Positions 49,839 through 62,100 of a stretch of DNA of 64,000 bases are shown here, in pieces; positions within the stretch are counted from its first letter, which is position 1; each line of letters begins with the position of its first letter. The DNA is from Squalus acanthias. Taxonomy: Eukaryota. The DNA is taken from positions 134,046,001-134,110,000 of the forward strand of contig CM059432.1 in assembly GCA_030390025.1 (NCBI GenBank). The letters run 5' to 3'. The translations under genes and the position numbers were made by a program. The notes under the pieces are model-generated. The model searched no databases. It saw nothing but the letters and a program-made list of their open reading frames with translations, and was not told the DNA's origin.

Positions 49839-50621
49839 GGGCGCGAAATTCAGTTACGTCCCGTTTGGGGACGGTAACCGAGTTAAGGCAAGACATTTAG
49901 CACCCGGCGCGGAAGTACCGCCCCGGCCACTAAATTCAGCTTACCACCCCACACAGGAAGTGCAGCGCAATCTCGGGCACGCCACTTCCTGGTGGGGGGG
50001 TAACCGAGGCGATGTCGGGGTGCGATCGGCAGTGCTTGGCGGAGGCTCTGCTGTGCGCTGCCGCGTTTCAATGCTCCTCCCCTTCAGTTAAAGGGGAGGG
50101 CCGCTGCGCACTCTGCAGGGCCTCCAATGGCCCCACCTAGGCCACCAGGGCGGCGTGGTGCCATGGCAGCAGCCCGGAGCCGAGACGCGGTCCCAGGCTG
50201 CGTGATGGCGGCCAGGACCACGCCATGGAACACCATGGAGGGCCGTCCTGTAGGTCGGCCCAAAAAAAATGGCGGCGCAGGGTGCAGCCGCACTTCCCCT
50301 TTAAATACCGCCCCGAGAGCGGAGGTCGGCCCGGCTCACGACCCACGGGGCTGGCGCTGACACCGCCTGCGGCAGCCTCGTGGGGCACAGCCGAACTTCT
50401 GCCGCGGGGCGGTAAGGGGCTGCGGCGGGGCGCTAAGGGGTCGAGGCGCACGGCTACCAGCGGGGGCACGCCGTTATCGGGTAGCGCCTCAGCAACGCCC
50501 CACCAAATTTCTCGGGAGGTGTTTTTTTTGCCCGCCCCCCCCGGGCAATAAGCCCTTTGCGCCCCGTTAGCGCCCCCCGGAGGCGCTAACGGCAGGCGCA
50601 AAGGAGCTGAATTTCTAGCCC
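49839..50621. mobile_element. GC/CpG-rich MITE family B
   Basis: TIRs are GGGCGCGAAATTCAG / CTGAATTTCTAGCCC with TSD AAA. It is inverted relative to 36830-37097. Confidence 0.82.
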
Positions 50622-50819
50622 AAAGTATTCCTTTCCCAAGCACTAATATCACTCACCTGGATAAACACAAAAAGAAGAAAAGAAAAGAAAAAGGTTATAT
50701 AAAAGGCTTTAGAGGTCACGGAGAAATCAAAAGATTACATTCATATTCAGATTTGGAATTTTTCGTGCAAATTAACTTTTGGATTCAAATGACTTTCAAC
50801 AATGGAGGATTAGCTGTTT

Positions 50820-51210
50820 AGAAATAGAAAGAAAACATAGAAAAAATAGAAGCAGGAGTAGGCCATTCGGCCCTTTGAGCCTGCTCTGCTATTCAATATG
50901 ATCATGGCTGATCCTCTATCTCAATACTATATTCCCGCTCTCTCCCTATACCCCTTGATGCCTTTTGTGTCTAGAAATCTATCTATCTCCTTTTTAAATA
51001 TATTCAGTGACTTGGCCTCCACAGCCTTCTGTGGTAGAGAATTCCACAGGTTCACCACCTTCTGAGTGAAGAAATTTCTCCTCATCTCAGTCCTAAATGT
51101 CCTACCCCGTATCCTGAGACTGTGACCCCTGGTTCTAGACCCCCCAGCCAGGGGAAACATCCTCCCTGCATCCAGTCTGTCTCGCCCTGTCAGAATTTTA
51201 TATGTTTGCA
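50820..51210 (-). mobile_element. CR1 3' fragment
   Basis: ORF 50927..51211 (-) reads TYKILTG...RTRGHS...FFTQKVVNLWNSLP, plus the tail. Confidence 0.9.
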
Positions 51211-51357
51211 TCTCCTACACTAACAGACAAAACAGTGACAGGCCCGGAATGTCCTAGGTTTGATTCTTGGCATAGGCTGAGATAACTGATATTTGCAGAA
51301 AGAAAGAAAGATGAAAGAAAGAAAAAAAGAAAGACTTGCACTTACATATCATATATT

Positions 51358-52101
51358 GGCCCAAAAATTAGTGCCGCTACGCGAGAGTACGCACTGTGTA
51401 CTCTCGCGTATTCTGTCTCCAATTGCCGGTTTTCTGCATGCACTGCGCATGCGCTGAAAACCGGCACTTGGTGAATGGAAAAGGGGGCGGTTCCTAGGTG
51501 AACCGCGTGCGCGCTACAGGCTGCGCGCATGCAGTGCACTTAGTAGTTTCAACGCGCAGGTAAGTATGGAAGATTTTACACATAAAAAAAGGAGGAGTAA
51601 GACCCACTTTTAACAAGGTAAGTAGTGAATTAAGTATTATTTTGAATTTTTTTTAACAGGTATATCTTTTTTAGAGACTTTAAAGACAGGTAAGTTTATT
51701 TTTATAACTTTTTAAAAGATTTAAAATTTTTTCAAAAATTTAATTTTTTATTTAAAATGGTTAATTTATTTAACTATACTTATTTTATTAATGTGATGGT
51801 TTTAAAAAAAAAATTAATTGAGGTTTAGCTATTCTTTCGGGGGGCTATAGTATTCATAGCTTTCACAGTACTTATGTGAAAGTTATGAATGGAAGATGGT
51901 GTGCTGCCATTGGCTCTAACTGAGTCACGTGATCCCACAGCTCGCACGAATTAACTACGCCTGTGGGATACGCAAGCCCAGCACAGCAGCTGTCCAGAAC
52001 ATCAAGTTCGTGCGAGCTGGAACTGAAAAAGCCAACGCGCAGTGAGAGATCGCGGGGAAGCCTTACCCTCGCACGAAGGCTTCCTCACGAATTTTTGGGC
52101 C
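51358..52101. mobile_element. Harbinger-type MITE related to family A
   Basis: Perfect 12-bp TIRs GGCCCAAAAATT / AATTTTTGGGCC with TSD ATT. It shares GCATGCGCTGAAAACCGGC, the AT core and CACGTGATCCCA with family A. Confidence 0.82.
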
Positions 52102-52792
52102 ATTGTATATTATATATCACTTACTATCACACCTCAGAAACATCTCAAGGTGTTTCAAATGAAATGAAATCTTTGAGATGTAGTGACTGTTATTATGGAG
52201 TCAAACATGGTGGTAGCAGAGCTACAACTGCCTGCATGAAAATCAGCAAGCGACCCCTGAAGCAACTGAATGAGTGGGACGTCAGGTGAGAACAACAGCC
52301 TGCCTATTATTGCTGATAGCCCACTGACATTCACCGGCTGGGCTTACAGGTGAAGAGTGGCTATGAGGGCAGTGTAGCAGAGGGCTGCTGATACCTGAGA
52401 TACCGTACCCCATCATGAGTCAGCACCTTCAGGAAAGGCGGGGTAAAGGAAGAAAATTAGGACAATTTAACAATCAAGCTGTGGTTGCACCTACCTGTGA
52501 CCATGCATAACATCTGCATCAGAATAGATCCAAACAGATTCAGTTATGCATCATCCAACTAGCTCTGTTTCGATCCAACTGGAATCAGTGGAAGTTTGGG
52601 AATACAGTTTGCAAATGTCTGCAATATACAGCACCTCTAATATATAATACATTGGGCTTATACTACCTTGTGAAAATTCACAAGTGAAGCAGAATAAAGG
52701 CTTTAAAACTGCTTCCAAACTATTAGCATCAATTCAGAAGCAAATGTATTTGTCTGTTGGATTATAATTTTGGCTCGTAATGTATAATTTTT

Positions 52793-54380
52793 CAGGCTCC
52801 CATGTTAGCTGATATTGTTAACGGTTCTCTCTCCTCAGGTACTGTCCCCTCTCCCTCAAATCTGCCGTCATCACCCATTTCCTCAAAAAACCAACCCTTG
52901 ATCCCTCCATCCTTGCAAACTACCACCCCATCTCCAACCTCCCTTTCCTCTCCAAAGTCCTTGAACGTGTTGTCGCCTCCCAAATCCGTGCCCATCTTTC
53001 CTGCCCATCTTTCCTGCAATTCCATGTTTGAATCCCTCCAATTAGGTTTCCGCCCTTGTCACAGCTCTCATCAAAGTCACAAATGACATCCTTTGTGACT
53101 GTGACAAAGGTAAACTATCCCTCCTCGTCCTACTTGACTTGTCTGCAGCCTTTGACACGGTTGACCACTCCATCCTTCTCCAACGCCTCTCCACCGTCGT
53201 CCAGCTGGGTGGGACTGCACTCGCCTGGTTCCATTCTTATCTATCTAATCGTAGCCAGAGAATCACCTGCAATGGCTTCTCTTCCCGCTCCCGCGTCATT
53301 ACCTCTGGGGTCCCCCAAGGATCTATCCTTGGCCCCCTCCTATTTCTCATCTGCATGTTGCCCCTTGGCGACATCATCTGAAAACACAGCGTCAGTTTCC
53401 ACATGTACGCCGACGACACCCAGCTGTACCTCACTACCTCTTCTCTCGACCCCTCCACGGTCTCTAAATTGTCAGACTGCTTGTCTGACATACAGTTCCG
53501 CATAAGCAAAAATGTTTTCCAATTAAATATTGGGAAGACCGAAGCCATTGTTTTCGGTCCCTGCCACGAATTCCGTTCCCTAGCCACTGACTCCATCGCT
53601 CTTCCTAACATCTGACTGAGGCTGAACCACACTGTTCGCAACGTTGGTGTCATATTTGACCCTGAAATGAACTTCCGACCACATATCCGCACCATAACAA
53701 AGACCGCCTACTTCCACCTTCGTAACATCGCCGGTCTCCACCCCTGCCTCAGCTCATCTGCTGCTGAAACCCACATCCATGCCTTTGTTACCTCTAGACT
53801 TGACTATTCCAACGCACTCCTGGCCGGCCTCCCACATTCCACCTTACGTAAACTTGAGGTCATCCAAAACTCGACAGCCTGTATCCTAACTCACACCAAG
53901 TCCCGTTCGCCCATCACACCTGTGCTCGCTGATCTACATTGGCTTCCAGTTAAGCAGCGCCTCGATTTCAAAATTCTCATCCTTGTTTTCAAATCACTCC
54001 ATGGCCTCACCCCTCCCTATCTCTGTAATCTCCTTCAGCCCCACAACCCCCCGAGATATATGCACTCCTCTAATTCTGCCCTCTTGAGCATCCCTGATTA
54101 TAATCGCTCAACCTTTGGTGGCTGTGCCTTGTGTTGCCTAGGCCCTAAGCTCTGGAATTCCCTGCCTAAAACTCTCCGCCTCGCTACCTCTCTTTCCTCC
54201 TTTAAGACGTTCCTGAAAACCTACCTATTTGACCAAGTTTTTGGTCACCTGCCCTAATTTATCCTTATGTGGCTCGGGGTCAAATTCTTTTTTGTCTTAC
54301 AATACTCCTGTGGAGCGCCTTGGGATGTTTTACTATGTTAAAGGCACTATATAAATACAAGTTGTTGTTGTTGTTGTTGT
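52793..54380 (+). mobile_element. L2 LINE, 5'-truncated, decayed RT to 3' end
   Basis: Motifs DLSAAFDTVDH, SGVPQGSILGP, YADD, SRLDYSN and WNSLP are present, with stops and frameshifts. The (GTT)n tail lies at 54361-54380. Confidence 0.95.
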
Positions 54381-54634
54381 AAGAGAAAATGAAAGCATTT
54401 CCTGTGTTTATAACTGTAACCTTGTACTGCCTCGTGAATTAAAGTGTGCTCTCTTGATGATTGATTAAGATATTACTTGTGAAAATGAATTCACATTTAT
54501 TAGCTTTTATCTATGAAACAAACTGGATATTTTACAGCTGATGGAACAAAAGAAAAATCACTGTTCGTATCAACTTCTGTGCCCCTTCATGCATAATCTC
54601 AATGCTCTCATAAAATGGTTGGAATACACATGTT

Positions 54635-56188
54635 GGCTGCGATTTTGCCGGGGCTCAGATGAAGGGTTCGGAGGCGGGTCAGCTGTTACATTCGAAATGA
54701 TTGACAGCGGGTTGGGAACCTGCCGCGAACCCGCCTCCATGTAAGTTTCCAAAGTGTCGGGTCCGCGATTTCAGAACAGACCCGACACCAAGCGGCAGGG
54801 GAGGCATTTAAGATAGTTAACTGCTTGTTAAGTGCTTGTTATCTACTATTTTGCCAACCTTTTTCTATTTTCCCACATTTTTAACGGGGTTCACGATGTT
54901 CAGAGATCACGTCAGGTAAGTAGGTCGGGTTCTCTGTGTCTCCCCATTGCTGTGAATAGGTGACAGCTGCAAAAGTGGTATGAAAGCTACCATTTCACAG
55001 CTGGTCACTTTCCAATGTCAGAAGCTTGAGCCTTCACGAATTGGAAGACACTTTTGAGCTTTATGCAGTTTGGAAGTATTTGGAGTAAACTCTCTATCCA
55101 CTGTCACCTCCTTGGAGCAAGCTCTCTCACCATTGACAGATCGCTTCCGTCATCTCAACTTCAGCTGCCATCTATTCCAGCAACATCGGTGCCCTTGAAA
55201 AAATCTCACCTTGGTCCTCTGAATCACTCCACGATCAGCACCAGCACCAACATCACCAGGCAGACCAACATCACCAATAGCAATAGCAACCTTCTCCGCA
55301 ATCACCTGATGCTGCACAGGACACAGGGCATCAGCACCCAATAACATTGCTGCCCGGGAGGCCAGTGATGGCATCACCATGGCCAGATTTACTTCACTTG
55401 ACGCTGTACACCCTGGCTGCAACATTATGCACCAGGTTAAGACCACCCCACACCAGCACCATAACGTATTCCTATAATGACCAAGCCGTTCCTTTCACCA
55501 TTGCGGGGGATACCGTTATGTCTCACCATTCACTACAACTCACTAAGACACTTCCAAACATAAGCACAGATCTGTACAATAAGGCAAAGTGTTGAAAATA
55601 AAGATTTCAATGTTTGACAGCACATTAACAGAAAATTTACCTCAACATTGCATAAGACACCCAAGTGCCTACCCTTGTGTGTTGTCAGTTTGTATGATTG
55701 TACTAGGATGAGGGTGAGTGTGAGAGGTGGCTAGTGAGATGGGGAAGTGATAGATAGAGAGGGATGTTGGAGGTGCAAGGTAAGTTGGTGTGAGTAAAGA
55801 TGTGCAGGAGTAGGATAGGGAAGGCAGAGTTATTGGGATGTGATGAGAGGCACAACAGGATGAGTATGGCTTTGCAGTAACGTTTCGTGATCTACTCAGA
55901 TCATTGAAACGTTTGCGCCACTGAAGCCTGGTACTCCTGACAAGATCCCTGCTTTTGCCCACCTGTGCAACGTGCAACCAGGCTGCGTTGGTGTACTGGG
56001 GAGGTCTCTTCTGCCCATTGGAAGGGAAGAGAATCTCCCTGCTTGCTGTGACTCCCTCCATAATAATATGGAGGGAGACATGCGAGAGTCTGGGTGTAGC
56101 CGTGCACCTTTGTGCAGATCTTGTCAGTGTTTGCAGCACCTCAATGCTGCAGAACACTGACTGCACAAATGTCAAAATTAATGTGGCC
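54635..56188. mobile_element. Probable Harbinger element remnant, ending at the satellite boundary
   Basis: It has a GC-rich terminus starting GGCTGCGATTTT and contains a Myb/SANT relic. The other end was not found. Confidence 0.55.
55880..56110 (-). pseudogene. Harbinger-associated Myb/SANT-like DNA-binding domain relic
   Basis: PRLSHVSLHIIMEGVTASREILFP...AWLHVAQ...RSTRLQWRKRFNDL shows the W...RT..Q.RKRF.DL trihelix pattern. Confidence 0.72.
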
Positions 56189-59100
56189 ATGCTGTATATC
56201 TGTGTTAAATACACTTGCTGTATATCTGTGTTAAATAAACTTGCTGTAAATCTGTGTTAAATAACCATGTTGTATATCTGTGTTAAATACACTTGTTGTA
56301 TATCTGTGTTAAATACACTTGTTGTATATCTGTGTTAAATACACTTGTTGTATCTCTATGTCAAATACACTTGTTGAATATCTGTGTTAAATACACATGT
56401 TGTATATCTGTGTTAAATGCACTTGTTGTATCCCTATGTTAAATACCCATGCTGTATATCTGTGATAAATACCCATGTTGTATATCTGTGTTAAATACAC
56501 TTGTTGTATATCTGTGTTAAATAAACTTGTTGAATATCTGTGTTAAATACACATGTTGTATATCTGTGTTAAATGCACTTGTTGTATCTCTATGTTAAAT
56601 ACCCATGCTGTATATCTGTGTTAAATACCCATGTTGTATATCTCTGTTAAATACACATGCTGTATATCTGTGTAAAATGCAGTTGCTGTATATCAATTTT
56701 AGATACCCATGCTGTGTATCTGTGTTAAATGCAATTGGTGTATATCTGTGTTAAATACTCTTCTTGTATATCTGTATTAAACACCCTTGCTGTATATCTG
56801 TGTTAAATTGCCATGCTGTATATCTGTGTTAAATACCCATGCTGTATATGTGTTAAATGCACTTGCTGTATATCTATGTTTAAAACCCATGTTGCATCTC
56901 TGTGTGAAATGAATTTGTTGTATATCTGTGTTAAATACCCATGCAGTATATCTGTGTTAAACATACTTGTTGAATATATGTGTTAAATACCCATGCTGTA
57001 TAACTGTGTTAAATACACTTGTGCTATATCTGTGTTAAATACAGTTGTTGTATATCTGAGTTAAAAACCCATGCTGTAGATCTGTGTTAAATACCCATGT
57101 TGTATATTGTGTTAAATACCCATGTTGCATATTTGTGTTCAATGCACTTGTAGTATATCTGTGTTAGATACCTATGCTGTATCTCTGTGTTAAATGCACT
57201 TGTTGTATATCTGTGTTAAATAACCCTGTTGTATATCTGTGTTAAATACCCATGCAGTATATCTGTGTTAAATGCAATTGCTGTATATCTGTGTTAAATA
57301 CCCATGTTGTATATCTATGTTAAATGCACTTGTTGAATGTCTGTGTTAAATACATATGCTGTATATCTGTGTTAAATACCCATGCTGTATATCTTTATTA
57401 AATACACTTGTATATCTGTGTTAATTACAGATGTTGTATATCTGTGTTAAATACCCAAGCTGTATATCTATGTTAAATGCAATTGCTGTAAGTCTGTGTT
57501 AAATACTTTTGCTCTATATCTGTGTTAAATAGCCATGCTGTATATCTGGGTCAAATGCAATTGCTGTATATCTGTGTTAAATTCCTATGTTGTATATCTC
57601 TGTTAAATACACATGCTGTATATCTTTGTTAAATATCATTGCTGTATATCTGTGTTAAATACCCATGTTGCATATCAGTGTTAAATACACTTGCTGTATA
57701 TCTGTGTTAAATACCCATGTTGTATATCTGAGTTAAAAACCCATGCTGTATATCTGTGTTAAATGCACTTGCTGTATAAATGAGTTAAATGCAATTGCTG
57801 TATATCTGTATTAAATACCCCTGTTGTATATCTATGTTAATACCCATACTGTATATCTGTGTTCAATGCATTTGTTGTATATCTGTGTTAAATATCCATG
57901 TTGTATATCTGTGTTCAATACCCATGGTGTATATTTTTGTGAAATGCACTTGTTGTATATCTGTGTTAAATTTCCATGCTGTATATCTGTGTTAAATGCA
58001 CCTGCTGTATATTTGTGTTCAATACCCATGTTGTATATCTGTGTTAAATGCACTTGCTGTATAAATGAGTTAAATACCTATGTTGTATATCTGTGTTAAA
58101 TACCCATGTTGCATATCAGTGTTAAATACACTTGCTGTATATCTGTGTTATATACCCATGTTGTATATCTGAGTTAAAAACCCATGCTGTATATCTGTGT
58201 TAAATGCACATTCTGTATAAATGAGTTAAATGCAATTGCTGTATATCTGTATTAAATACCCCTGTTGTATATCTATGTTAATACCCATACTGTATATCTG
58301 TGTTCAATGCATTTGTTGTATATCTGTGTTAAATATCCATGTTGTATATCTGTGTTCAATACCCATGGTGTATATTTTTGTGAAATGCACTTGTTGTATA
58401 TCTGTGTTAAATTTCCATGCTGTATATCTGTGTTAAATGCACCTGCTGTATATTTGAGTTCAATGCCCATGTTGTATATCTGTGTTAAATGCACTTGCTG
58501 TATAAATGAGTTAAATACCTAAGTTGTATATCTGTGTTAAATACCATTGTTGTATATCTGTGTTAAATACTCATGTTGCATATCTGTGTTAAATGCATTT
58601 GTTACATATCTGTGTTAAATACCCATGCTGTATATCTGTGTTAAATACACTTGCTGTATATCTGTGTTAAAATAAACTTGCTATAAATCTGTGTTAAATA
58701 ACCATGTTGTATATCTGTGTTAAATGCACTTGTTGTATCTCTATGTCAAATACATTTGTTGTATATCTGTGTTAAATAAACTTGTTGAATATCTGTGTTA
58801 AATACACGTGTTGTATATCTGTGTTAAATGCACTTGTTGTATCTCTATGTTAAATACCCATGCTATATATCTGTGTTAAATGCAATTGCTGTATATCTGT
58901 GTTAAATACAAATGTTGTATATCTGTGTTAAATACCCATGTTGTATATCTCTGTTAAATACCCATGCTGTATATCTGTGTAAAATGCAGTTGCTGTATAT
59001 TAATTTTAGATACCCATGCTGTATATCTGTGTTAAATGCAATTGGTGTATATCTGTGTTAAATACTCTTCTTGTATATCTGTATTAAACACCCTTGCTGT

Positions 59101-62100
59101 ATATCTGTGTTAAATTGCCATGCTGTATATCTGTGTTAAATACCCATGCTGTATATTTGTGTTAAATGCACTTGCTGTATATCTATGTTTAAAACCCATG
59201 TTGCGTCTCTGTGTTAAATGAACTTGTTGTATATCTGTGTTAAATTCCCATGCAGTATATCTGTGTTAAATATATTTGTTGAATATATGTGTTAAATACC
59301 CATGCTGTATAACTGTATTAAATACACTTGTGCTATATCTGTGTTAAATACAGTTGTTGTATATCTGAGTTAAAAACCCATGCTGTACATCTGTGTTAAA
59401 TACCCATGTTGTATACCTGTGTTAAATACATTGCTCTATGTATGTGTTAAATGCACTTGCTGTATAATTGAGTTAAATACCTATGTTGTATATCTATGCT
59501 AAATACCTATGTTGTATATCTGTGTTAAATACCCATGCTGTATATCTGTGTTAAATGCACTTCTTGTATATCTATGTTAATACCCATACTGTATATCTGT
59601 GTTCAATGCATTTGTTGTATATCTGTGTTAAATATCCATGTTGTATATCTGTGTTCAATACCCATGGTGTATATTTTTGTGAAATGCACTTGTTGTATAT
59701 CTGTGTTAAATTTCCATGCTGTATATCTGTGTTAAATGCACCTGCTGTATATTTGAGTTCAATGCCCATGTTGTATATCTGTGTTTAATGCACTTGCTGT
59801 ATAAATGAGTTAAATACCTATGTTGTATATCTGTGTTAAATACCATTGTTGTATATCTGTGTTAAATACTCATGTTGCATATCTGTGTTAATGCATTTGT
59901 TACATATCTGTGTTAAATACCCATGCTGTATATCTGTGTTAAATACACTTGCTGTATATCTGTGTTAAAATAAACTTGCTATAAATCTGTGTTAAATAAC
60001 CATGTTGTATATCTGTGTTAAATGCACTTGTTGTATATCTGTGTTAAATACACTTGTTGTATATCTGTGTTAAAAAAACTTGTTGTATCTCTATGTCAAA
60101 TACATTTGTTGTATATCTGTGTTAAATAAACTTGTTGAATATCTGTGTTAAATACACATGTTGTATATCTGTGTTAAATGCACTTGTTGTATCTCTATGT
60201 TAAATACCCATGCTATATATCTGTGTTAAATGCAATTGCTGTATATCTGTGTTAAATACAAATGTTGTATATCTGTGTTAAATACCCATGTTGTATATCT
60301 CTGTTAAATACCCGTGCTGTATATCTGTGTAAAATGCAGTTGCTGTATATTAATTTTAGATACCCATGCTGTATATCTGTGTTAAATGCAATTGGTGTAT
60401 ATCTGTGTTAAATACTCTTCTTGTATATCTGTATTAAACACCCTTGCTGTATATCTGTGTTAAATTGCCATGCTGTATATCTGTGTTAAATACCCATGCT
60501 GTATATTTGTGTTAAATGCACTTGCTGTATATCTATGTTTAAAACCCATGTTGCGTCTCTGTGTTAAATGAACTTGTTGTATATCTGTGTTAAATTCCCA
60601 TGCAGTATATCTGTGTTAAATATATTTGTTGAATATATGTGTTAAATACCCATGCTGTATAACTGTATTAAATACACTTGTGCTATATCTGTGTTAAATA
60701 CAGTTGTTGTATATCTGAGTTAAAAACCCATGCTGTACATCTGTGTTAAATACCCATGTTGTATACCTGTGTTAAATACATTGCTCTATGTATGTGTTAA
60801 ATGCACTTGCTGTATAATTGAGTTAAATACCTATGTTGTATATCTATGCTAAATACCTATGTTGTATATCTGTGTTAAATACCCATGTTGTATAACTGTG
60901 TTAAATACCCATGCTGTATATCTGTGTTAAATGCACTTGCTGTGTAATTGAGTTAAATACTATGTTGTATATCTATGCTAAATACCTATGTTGTATATCT
61001 GTGTTAAATACCCACGCTGTATATCTTTGTTAAATACAATTGCTGTATATCTGTGTTAAATGCACTTGTTGTATATCTGTATTAAAAAACCTTGTTATAT
61101 ATATGTGTTAAATACACTTGTTGTATATCTGTGTTAAATACCCCTGCTATATATCTGTGTTAAATATACATGTTGTATATCGGTGTTAAATACTCATGTT
61201 GTATAACTGTGTTAAATACATTTGTTGTATATCTGTGTTAAATACCAATGTTGTATATCTGTGTTAAATACACATGTTGTATATCTGTGCAAAATGCACT
61301 TGTTGTATATCTGTGTTAAATAACCATGCTATATATCGGTGTTATATACTCTTGCTGTATATTTGTGTTAAACAACCAAGCTGTTTATCTGTGTTAAATA
61401 TACTTGTTGTATATCTGTTTTAAATAATCTTGTTGTATATCTGTGTTAAATACCCATGCCATATATCTGTGTTAAATATACATGTTGTATATCTGTGTTA
61501 AATACCCCTGTTGTATATCTGTGTTAAATGCACTTGTTGTATATCTGTTTTAAATACCCATGCTATATATCGATGTTATATACTCTTGCTATATAATTGT
61601 GTTAAATAACCAAGCTGTATATCTGTGTTAAATACACTTGTTGTATATCTGTGTTAAATAATCTTGTTGTCTAGCTGTGTAAAATGCACTTGTTGTATAT
61701 CTGTGTTTAATACCCATGCTATATATCGGTGTTATATACTCTTGCTGCATATTTGTGTTAAATAACCAAGCTGTATATCTGTGTTAAATATACTTGCTAT
61801 ATATCTGTGTTAAATGCACTTGTTGTTTATCTGTTTTAAATAATCTTGTTGTATATCTGTGTTAAATACACATGCTGTATATCTGTGTTAAATGCACTTG
61901 TTGTTTATCTGTGTTAAATACACATGTTGTATTCTGTGTTAAATGCACTTGCTGTAAATCTGTGTTAAATACCAATGTTGTATATCTGTGTATAAATATC
62001 CATGGTGTATATCTGTGTTAAATAATCTTGTTGTATATCTTCATTAAATACACTTGTTGAATATCTGTGTTAAATACCCATGCTGTATATCTGTGTTAAA

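Noticed and set aside
57789..59788. Repeated Cys/Ile/Tyr-rich ORFs
   Set aside because: They are translations of the 26-bp satellite, and their recurrence only reflects block duplications.
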